Below, in pieces: positions 1-6,998 of a stretch of DNA of 24,431 nt (positions are counted from its first letter, which is position 1; every line of letters starts with the position of its first letter). The notes under the pieces are model-generated. The model ran no database searches, had not been told where the DNA came from, and saw nothing but the letters and a program-made list of their open reading frames with translations. The stretch spans positions 1 to 24,431 of the forward strand of contig JBEKHC010000079.1 of the NCBI GenBank assembly GCA_050012475.1, in the 5' to 3' direction. The position numbers were made by a program, and so were the translations under genes. Origin of the DNA: Candidatus Velthaea sp. GTDB lineage: Bacteria > Vulcanimicrobiota > Vulcanimicrobiia > Vulcanimicrobiales > Vulcanimicrobiaceae.

Positions 1-830
1 CCAACTTCACCCGCAACGCCGCGATGCAGTTCACGGCGATCGGAACCGTCGCCGTGACTATCGTTTTGCTCGGCGCGTTTCTTTACGTGCGCGAAACGCT
101 GGCCTCGTTCGGCAACGGCATGCTGTCGAAAATCGAAGTCGCCGTGTACCTCAACGACGACGTCGACGATGCTCATGCCAAGGCCATCACCGTGCGTTTC
201 GCTCAAGACCGGCGCATCGTGGGCGCCTCCTACGTCCCCAAGCGCGAAGGCCTGCGGCGCATGAAAACCGTGCTCGGCAACGATTTCGACACCTCGCTGC
301 TCACCTCCAACCCGCTGCCCAACGCCTTCCACGTCCGCGTGCGCCGCCCGGACGACGTCCCCGCCGTCGCGGCCGCAATCGCAAAATATCCCGGCGTCGC
401 GAAAACCGACTACGCCGCCGACACCGTGGCAAAACTCCTGCGCATCGCCGACCTCTTGGGCCGCGTGGGCCTGGTCATGATCGGCCTGCTGGTCGTCACC
501 GCCGCGATCATCATCGCCAATACGATCCGCCTCACGGTCTTTGCCCGCCGCCGCGAAATCGCGATCATGCAACTCGTTGGCGCCACCAACATGTACATCC
601 GCATGCCGTTCATCGCCGAAGGCATGCTCGCCGGCATCCTCGGCGCCGGCCTCGCCTTAGGCGTGCTGTACGCCGCTCGCATCGAGCTCATCCCCAAACT
701 CGCTGCAACCCTCGCCTTCGTCCCCTTCCATGCCAACGAACCGATCCTCGCCGGCGAATGCCTCGCGGTCGGCGCCTGCGTCGGCTTCCTCGCCGCCTGG
801 TTCTCCGTAGGCCGCTACCTGCGTGCCTAA
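1..830 (+). CDS. ftsX: Cell division permease FtsX, 5'-truncated by the window edge
   Basis: The frame is open from position 3 (NFTRNAAMQF). It has an N-terminal TM segment, an extracellular loop with an NPLPNAF motif, the signature IIIANTIRLTVFARRREIAIMQLVGATNMYIRMPFIAEG, and C-terminal TMs. It lies upstream of M23 and S41 genes, as in known ftsEX loci. Confidence 0.95.
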   Translation, partial: NFTRNAAMQFTAIGTVAVTIVLLGAFLYVRETLASFGNGMLSKIEVAVYLNDDVDDAHAKAITVRFAQDRRIVGASYVPKREGLRRMKTVLGNDFDTSLLTSNPLPNAFHVRVRRPDDVPAVAAAIAKYPGVAKTDYAADTVAKLLRIADLLGRVGLVMIGLLVVTAAIIIANTIRLTVFARRREIAIMQLVGATNMYIRMPFIAEGMLAGILGAGLALGVLYAARIELIPKLAATLAFVPFHANEPILAGECLAVGACVGFLAAWFSVGRYLRA

Positions 831-845
831 CGTCGCCACTTTTAT

Positions 846-898
846 CGCCACCCACACGCAGCAGCAAAGCGTCACCCACACGCAGCACCAAAGCGCCA
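846..898. repeat. 24-bp tandem direct repeat (2 copies plus 5 nt)
   Basis: cgccacccacacgcagcagcaaag (846-869) and cgtcacccacacgcagcaccaaag (870-893) are 22/24 identical, followed by cgcca. Confidence 0.85.
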
Positions 899-955
899 GC
901 CCGCCGACCCCGCAATCCCCCCTGAAACGTCAGCGAAGCGTCACGCGACGCGCCC

Positions 956-1133
956 GAGCGCGGGGAGGCGACGTTCGGGTGGCGGGGTGTCAAACAACTT
1001 CGCGGAGCCCGGAGGGCGAGAGCGAAGTTTTTGCAAGTAGCGATTTCCGGGTGTACCGAGCGCAGCCGAGGGCACCCATAAGGATGGGAAATCGCGGGCG
1101 TCCCCGCCACCCGAACGTCGCCTCCCCCCGCTC
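956..1133. repeat. Structured intergenic element with 32-bp terminal inverted repeats and two internal hairpins (MITE/REPIN-like)
   Basis: 956-987 gagcgcggggaggcgacgttcgggtggcgggg matches the reverse complement of 1102-1133 at 31/32 positions. Internal stems are aacttcgc/gcgaagtt (996-1003/1022-1029) and gcgatttcc/ggaaatcgc (1040-1048/1087-1095). Confidence 0.85.
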
Positions 1134-1157
1134 CCACCGACGAAGAAGAAGCGGACG

Positions 1158-2111
1158 TTGACCGCCCAACCCGCGCCGGCAGCCCGCTACACGGTTCTGG
1201 TCGTCGATGACGACCGCAACTTACGCACCATCATCCGGACTAATTTAGAACTGGCCGGCTACGGCGTCGTCACCGCCAACGACGCGACAGCAGCCTTAGC
1301 GATGCTGGCAAAAGAGATCCCGGACCTCATCGTGCTCGACATCGTCCTCCCCGGCATGGACGGTTTCGAGCTCTGCCGGCGCATCCGCCGTCACCCGACC
1401 TGCGCCCACGTCCCGATCATGATGCTCACGGGGCGCGGAGAAACGGAAGACGCCGTCGCCGGCTTCGAAGCCGGGGCCGACGATTACGTTACGAAGCCGT
1501 TCTCACCGCAAGAAATGTTAGCGCGGGTACGGGCGAAGATTCGCCGCGTCGCAGTCGATTCGTCGCTCAACCCGTTAACGCGGCTGCCCGGCAACTTGGC
1601 GATCGAGAACGAGATCCGCCGGCGCTTCGACGGCCGCTTGCCGTGGGCCGTGATCTACATCGATCTCGACAATTTCAAGGCGTTCAACGACGTCTACGGG
1701 TTCGTGCGCGGCGACGAAGCGATCCGGCTGCTCGCCACGACGCTGCAAAATGCGATCCGCAGGGGCGGGGAGGACGACGATTTCGTGGGACACATCGGCG
1801 GCGACGACTTTATTCTCGTGACGCATCCCAACCGCGCCGAACCGCTGGCGCGGGCGATCGCCGCGACCTTCGATCGTGACGTGCGCGCGCTTTACGACGC
1901 GCCCGATCTCGAGCGCGGCTGGATCATGACGACCGATCGGCGCGGTGCAGTCAGCGTCTATCCGGTCATGTCGCTCTCGCTCGCGGTCGTCACCGACGAG
2001 CGCCGCCGGATCACGAATTACCAGCAGATCGGCGAAGTCGCCGCCGAACTCAAACGGTTCGCCAAAAAACAGACCGGCTCGTACATCGCGACGGACAAGC
2101 GCAAAGCCTGA
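1158..2111 (+). CDS. Response regulator with GGDEF-family domain (GGDDF variant), putative diguanylate cyclase
   Basis: The REC domain shows VLVVDDD, the phosphoacceptor in LIVLDIVLPGMDG, MLTG and DYVTKPF. The cyclase domain shows NPLTRLPGN, IDLDNFKAFNDVYGFVRGD and GHIGGDDF. TTG start; the stop overlaps the next ATG. Confidence 0.92.
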   Translation: MTAQPAPAARYTVLVVDDDRNLRTIIRTNLELAGYGVVTANDATAALAMLAKEIPDLIVLDIVLPGMDGFELCRRIRRHPTCAHVPIMMLTGRGETEDAVAGFEAGADDYVTKPFSPQEMLARVRAKIRRVAVDSSLNPLTRLPGNLAIENEIRRRFDGRLPWAVIYIDLDNFKAFNDVYGFVRGDEAIRLLATTLQNAIRRGGEDDDFVGHIGGDDFILVTHPNRAEPLARAIAATFDRDVRALYDAPDLERGWIMTTDRRGAVSVYPVMSLSLAVVTDERRRITNYQQIGEVAAELKRFAKKQTGSYIATDKRKA

Positions 2112-3322
2112 TGCGCCGATTGATCGCCGCTGCCGGGATCGTCCCGCTCCTGCTCGGTGCGTTGCCGCGTGAACCGGCCGACGCTCGCAGCCAAGTCGAA
2201 TCGAAGATCATCCAACAGCAGCACAAGATTCATGATTCCCACGTGCGGCTGATCGAGGAACGCGGACACCTGCACGGCGTGCAGCACAAGATCGGCTCGA
2301 TCCAACAGCAGCTGGCCGAAACGAACGGCAACATCGCCGCCGTCAACGCCCGCTTGGCCGAATTGCACGCGCGCACCGAATCGACGGAACGCAAACTGAC
2401 TTGGACGCGCATTCAACTCGACGCTGCGCGCAAAACGGTCCAGCGCCACGATGAAGCGCTCAGACGTCGCGTCGTCGACGCCTACGAACATGCCGATCTG
2501 GGCTACATCGACGTGTTGCTCGAAGCACGCTCGTTCGCCGACTTCGTCGAACGCTGGAACGACGTGCGCTTCGTCATCCGAGCCAACGAGGCGACGATTC
2601 GCGAACGTCGCGCCGATGAAGCCCGCGTCGCGGGGATCGAGTCGTCGCTCGTCGGCGTCGAAGCGGATCTCCACGCGCAACAGAATCAGGCGGACGAGCA
2701 GCATCAAGCGCTCACGGCTTTAGCGAACGAACGCGCCAATCTGCTGGCCGCCGCCCAGCACGAGCAGAGCGTGGCGCAAGCCGAGGTCGTTGAGTACGAA
2801 GAGATGTCGGCCGAGGAAGAGGCTTCGCTCGAATCGCTGATTCAGCAGAAGCAAGCCGAGGAGGAAGCCCGGCGCGAGGCCGAACGGCGGGCCCGCCAAC
2901 TCGCCGGCGAGGCCGTGGCGCCGGTCAGCGGAGCGCCGGGCGCCGTGATGTGGCCGGTTTCCGGCCCGATCACCTCGCCGTTCGGGATGCGCAATCACCC
3001 GGTGTTCGGCCGCTTCATCATGCATGCCGGGATCGACATCGCGGCCGCCGAGGGCACGACGATCGCGGCGGCGGCCACCGGCCGCGTGATTCTTGCGCAG
3101 TATGCGGGGAACTGCGGCAACATGATCACGATCGATCATGGCGGAGGGATGGCGACCAACTACTGCCACCTCTCACAAATTTTTGTCGGCGTCGGCCAAG
3201 ACGTCCAGCGCGGGCAAGCCATCGGCGCGGTTGGCATGACCGGGGATGCGACCGGTCCGCATCTTCATTTCGAGGTACGCATCGACGGCCGGCCCGTCGA
3301 TCCGCTGGGGTATTTGCACTAA
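2111..3322 (+). CDS. Coiled-coil M23 (LytM) peptidoglycan endopeptidase, EnvC-like architecture
   Basis: Signal peptide and long coiled coil (with YIDVLLEARSFADF). The C-terminal M23 domain has WPVSGPITSPFG, HAGID (HxxxD) and TGPHLHFEVR (HxH). Confidence 0.93.
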   Translation: MRRLIAAAGIVPLLLGALPREPADARSQVESKIIQQQHKIHDSHVRLIEERGHLHGVQHKIGSIQQQLAETNGNIAAVNARLAELHARTESTERKLTWTRIQLDAARKTVQRHDEALRRRVVDAYEHADLGYIDVLLEARSFADFVERWNDVRFVIRANEATIRERRADEARVAGIESSLVGVEADLHAQQNQADEQHQALTALANERANLLAAAQHEQSVAQAEVVEYEEMSAEEEASLESLIQQKQAEEEARREAERRARQLAGEAVAPVSGAPGAVMWPVSGPITSPFGMRNHPVFGRFIMHAGIDIAAAEGTTIAAAATGRVILAQYAGNCGNMITIDHGGGMATNYCHLSQIFVGVGQDVQRGQAIGAVGMTGDATGPHLHFEVRIDGRPVDPLGYLH

Positions 3323-3447
3323 GACCAGGTTAAAGCTGCGAGCCAAAAACCGATTTTCCCCGTCGATGGGTAACGTTTGGCCGACAGGGCGGGTCCTAGC
3401 GAGGACAGAACTGCCGATGCCCCCTTTAAATCGAGGTTCGCTGGACG

Positions 3448-4863
3448 TTGTCTACCCGCTTGCGGCTCGCTTTGGCCGCCGTTATCGTCGCCGCTGCTGC
3501 AATCGGCGGGGCTGCCTACGTCGGGCGGGCCTCGGCCGACGATAGCGCCGTCATATCCCAGACCGGCACGCGAATTGCGGGTCTGGATCTAAGTCTGATG
3601 TCCGGTTCGAGCGGCGACACCAATCACGACATGATCGCATTGGCCTACAACCGCGTTCAAAGCGCCTATTACAAGGCGTTCAACGATGAAACGCTGCTCT
3701 CGGGCGAGCACAAGGCGCTGGTCGACTTGCTCAAGGAGCGAAAAATCGCGCACCCGCTGCTCCCCGATGACTCGGCGACCGGCGACCGGACGCACGACCT
3801 GGCCCTGATCCAAAGCAGCGTGTCGTCGGCGGAAAAACGCTACCCCAAGGCGGCGACCAAAGACGAGTTCACGCAAGCCGCGATCTCCGGCATGCTCGGC
3901 GCGTTAGGCGACCCGTATACGGTCTACCTGTCCCAGGCCGAGATCAGCGGCCTCGAAGAGCAACTGCAGGGCGGAAACTTCGGCGGAATCGGCGTCTATA
4001 TCGCCCAGGATCAAAAGACCGGCGCGATCGTCGTCGATCCGATCGAGGGCAATCCGGCGATCAAGGCCGGAGTCCGTCCCGGCGACATCATCGTCTCGGT
4101 CGACAACGTCTCGACGCTGGGTGAGAAGCTCGACGCGGTCGAGCGACGCATCCGCGGACCGCTCGGCACGACGGTCAACCTGCGCATTCGGCGCCACGAC
4201 GCGGCCGCGACGCAAGTCGTGCGCGTGACCCGGGCCGAGATCCACGTTCCCTCCGTGCGGGCAAAAATGGAGGGTGGGATCGACTACGTCCGGCTGGCCG
4301 ACTTCGGCCAGACCTCCGCCGAGGAAGTTCGCGCGGCCATGCTCGAGGGTAAGCGCAACCATGCGCGTGGGTATATCTTAGACCTGCGCAACAATGGAGG
4401 TGGCCTCCTCGATGCCGCCGTCGATATCTCCAGCCTGTTCATTCCGCAAGGGACGATCGTTTCGACCATCGACCGCGGCGGAGATAAAGAATCGAAGGCG
4501 GCGACCGGACATTCGATCGGCGTGGCGCCGCTCGTTCTCTTGGTCAACAAGTATACGGCGAGCGCTTCGGAGATTACGGCCGGAGCCGTGCAGGACTACC
4601 ACGTCGGCACGATCGTCGGAACGCGCACGTTCGGCAAAGGTGTCGTGCAAAGTCTCTACAACATGCCCGACCGCAGCGCGTTGAAAATAACGACCGCGCG
4701 GTATGTTACACCGCTGGGACGCGATATCCATCACAAAGGCGTCCTGCCGGACGTGACGATCGACCAGCGCATCGACGTTCCGATCATCGATACGGCCAAC
4801 GATAAGCAGCTCGCAGCCGCGAAGTCGATCATCCTCAAGAAAGACGCAGCCAACATTAAATGA
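3448..4863 (+). CDS. S41 family C-terminal processing protease (CtpA/Prc-like), copy 1
   Basis: Signal peptide, LGDPYTVYL, PDZ domain (FGGIGVYI), DLRNNGGG, catalytic Ser motif TASASE, and TFGKGVVQ (Lys). The TTG start is less certain than the call. Confidence 0.93.
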   Translation: MSTRLRLALAAVIVAAAAIGGAAYVGRASADDSAVISQTGTRIAGLDLSLMSGSSGDTNHDMIALAYNRVQSAYYKAFNDETLLSGEHKALVDLLKERKIAHPLLPDDSATGDRTHDLALIQSSVSSAEKRYPKAATKDEFTQAAISGMLGALGDPYTVYLSQAEISGLEEQLQGGNFGGIGVYIAQDQKTGAIVVDPIEGNPAIKAGVRPGDIIVSVDNVSTLGEKLDAVERRIRGPLGTTVNLRIRRHDAAATQVVRVTRAEIHVPSVRAKMEGGIDYVRLADFGQTSAEEVRAAMLEGKRNHARGYILDLRNNGGGLLDAAVDISSLFIPQGTIVSTIDRGGDKESKAATGHSIGVAPLVLLVNKYTASASEITAGAVQDYHVGTIVGTRTFGKGVVQSLYNMPDRSALKITTARYVTPLGRDIHHKGVLPDVTIDQRIDVPIIDTANDKQLAAAKSIILKKDAANIK

Positions 4864-6275
4864 AACGCCTTCTTCTCGTCCCTCTCGCGCTTTCGTTGGC
4901 AGCGGCGCCCGCGACGGTTCCAGCTGCCACGGCGCAGGGTTCCGCTCCGTCCTTGTCTGCCCAGCAGACCAACGAGCTCATCACGAGCTACGCGCATCTG
5001 ACGACGGAATATTATAAGAAGGTCGATAAACAAGCCGTATTCGACGGCGTGCGCAACAACATTGTCGCGTATCTGCGCGCCACCGGCGTGCCGAATCCGG
5101 CGTTACCCGCGCTGCACGCCAGCGACGACGACGTCAGCAACGCGCGCGAACTCGAACGCGCCGTCTCGGGCGCGGTCGCAACCTACGCCGTGAAAGCGGG
5201 CGGCAAGAGCGGCGCGAAAGCCGGGGCAACCAACATTACCTATGCCGCCATCTCCGGCGCGCTCGGATCGGTCAAGGACAAGTACACCGTTTTTCTCTCG
5301 CCCAAAGAGTATGCCGAGATCAACCAAAGTTTGGACGGCACCTCGTTCGGCGGGGTCGGCTTGACCTATGACATCGACGACAAGACCAAAGATATTCACG
5401 TCCAGAACGTGATCCCCGACGGCCCGGCCGAAAAAGCCGGTCTGCTCAACGAAGATCTGATCACCCAGATCAACGGCCAATCGGTGCCTGAGCTCGTCAA
5501 CGGCAAAACGCCCGAAGCGCAAACGAAGATCATCCAAGGCTTGCTGCGCGGTGAACCCGGCACCAAAGTGACGCTGACGGTCGATCGCAGCGGCCAGCCC
5601 GAAACGTTCACGGTCACCCGCGCGAGCATTCACACGCCCAGCGTCTTGGCGCGGCTATTGCCAAGCGGCATCGGCTGGGTTCAGCTCTCCGTCTTCGGCG
5701 CCGACACCGGCCACGAGCTGGACGCCGCGCTGCACCGGCTCGATACGCAAGGTGCCAAGGCGTTCATTTTGGATCTGCGCTCCAACGGCGGCGGTTATCT
5801 CAATGCGGCGGTCGACGTCAGCTCGAAATTCATCCCAACCGGACCGATCGTGACCGTCGAGTCACGCGCGGGAACCGATACCGAATACGACGCCGAAAAC
5901 ACGGCGATTGCACCTCGTCCGCTCGCCGTGCTCGTCAACCACTACACCGCTTCGGCTTCGGAGATCACGGCCGGGGCGATCCAGGATAGCGGCGTGGGTG
6001 AAATCATCGGCACGCGCACGTACGGCAAGGGCGTCGTTCAATCGATCTTTCCGCTCGGCGACGGCTCGGCCGTGAAAATCACGACCGCCCGGTATCTGAC
6101 GCCGCACGGCCGCGACATCAATTCGATTGGGATTCAACCCGAAATCCTGTCCGACTTGCCGAAAGACACCCGCATCAAGGCCGGCGATCCAGCTACGGAC
6201 ATTCAACTCGGCGCCGCAATCACGTACTTGGAATCGCGGATCGCAGCCCGCACTTCGGCGACGGCAACCCAGTAG
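4860..6275 (+). CDS. S41 family C-terminal processing protease (CtpA/Prc-like), copy 2
   Basis: Signal peptide, DKYTVFL, PDZ domain (FGGVGL), DLRSNGGG, TASASE and TYGKGVVQ. ATGA overlap with copy 1. Confidence 0.94.
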   Translation: MKRLLLVPLALSLAAAPATVPAATAQGSAPSLSAQQTNELITSYAHLTTEYYKKVDKQAVFDGVRNNIVAYLRATGVPNPALPALHASDDDVSNARELERAVSGAVATYAVKAGGKSGAKAGATNITYAAISGALGSVKDKYTVFLSPKEYAEINQSLDGTSFGGVGLTYDIDDKTKDIHVQNVIPDGPAEKAGLLNEDLITQINGQSVPELVNGKTPEAQTKIIQGLLRGEPGTKVTLTVDRSGQPETFTVTRASIHTPSVLARLLPSGIGWVQLSVFGADTGHELDAALHRLDTQGAKAFILDLRSNGGGYLNAAVDVSSKFIPTGPIVTVESRAGTDTEYDAENTAIAPRPLAVLVNHYTASASEITAGAIQDSGVGEIIGTRTYGKGVVQSIFPLGDGSAVKITTARYLTPHGRDINSIGIQPEILSDLPKDTRIKAGDPATDIQLGAAITYLESRIAARTSATATQ

Positions 6276-6297
6276 CCGCGGGCGCGGAGCACCTCAC

Positions 6298-6331
6298 CGG
6301 CGCCGTCGGATACCGACGGCGCCGTTTTATT
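6298..6331 (+). terminator. Rho-independent terminator after the S41 pair
   Basis: Perfect 12-bp stem cggcgccgtcgg/ccgacggcgccg with loop ata, followed by ttttatt, between convergent genes. Confidence 0.8.
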
Positions 6332-6971
6332 GCTCGACGTCGAGGACGCCGGGAAAAAGCGCCGCTTCGATCTCGGCGAATGAAGCGAACGCCGTGCAGG
6401 CGATGTTGCGCGCCGCGCAATAGGCTTCGAGCGCCCGTCCCGCCTTGGCGAAGCAACGCTCGGCTTCGTGAGCTGCGCCAAAATCGCTGATGCCGTCGCC
6501 CACGAAGACGGTCGCAAAACCGGCGGCGCGCGCGCGGCGAACGGCGACGGCTTTGTCGTGCCCGTTGGCCGACTCATCGACGAACGCAAATGACCATCCG
6601 TGCGGCGCGAAATCGACGTCGTTGGCGAGGATCGGAAGCTCGACGCCGGCAGCGGCTAGCGTTGCGCGGATGATCGAACCAACGCCGCTCGACACCACAC
6701 GCACCTCGACGCCGCGCGCGTGCGCGGCGCGAACGAAGGGCGGGAACGCCGGATCGACCTTCGCCCGCGCTTCGACGAATGCCAACGCCTCGGCTCTCGA
6801 CTTGGTCACGTGCGCAGCCTGAAGCACGAGGACCTCACGAACGGTGCGCCGGCCGTCCATGAGCTCGGCGTCGATGGCATCCCAGATCTCGTCCCCGACC
6901 GCGTCCCGAACGAGCGCGTCAAACGTGTCGACGTCGGTGATCGTGCCATCGAAATCGACGAACACGATCAT
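6327..6971 (-). CDS. HAD-IB family phosphatase, MtnX-like
   Basis: Motif I VFVDFDGTIT follows the ATG at 6971; motif II VVSSG; GHDK; motif IV FVGDGISD; CFAK. The substrate cannot be determined from sequence. Confidence 0.88.
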   Translation of the reverse strand: MIVFVDFDGTITDVDTFDALVRDAVGDEIWDAIDAELMDGRRTVREVLVLQAAHVTKSRAEALAFVEARAKVDPAFPPFVRAAHARGVEVRVVSSGVGSIIRATLAAAGVELPILANDVDFAPHGWSFAFVDESANGHDKAVAVRRARAAGFATVFVGDGISDFGAAHEAERCFAKAGRALEAYCAARNIACTAFASFAEIEAALFPGVLDVEQ

Positions 6972-6998
6972 CCGGTCGTGGCCGGGCGACACGCCGGC

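Noticed and set aside
846..1133. Possible CRISPR array or attC site
   Set aside because: The repeats are adjacent with no spacers, and there is no cas or integrase gene in the window.
823..1161. 112-aa ORF (and the antisense 688..1137 ORF) spanning the ftsX-GGDEF gap
   Set aside because: It runs through the tandem and inverted repeats, and both strands give the same peptide (GGDVRVAG / HPNVASPRS), as expected from a palindrome. There are no protein-like features.
1700..1730. Hypr-type (3',3'-cGAMP) GGDEF enzyme
   Set aside because: The base-selecting Asp is retained (GFVRGDEAI); Hypr enzymes have Ser or Thr there.
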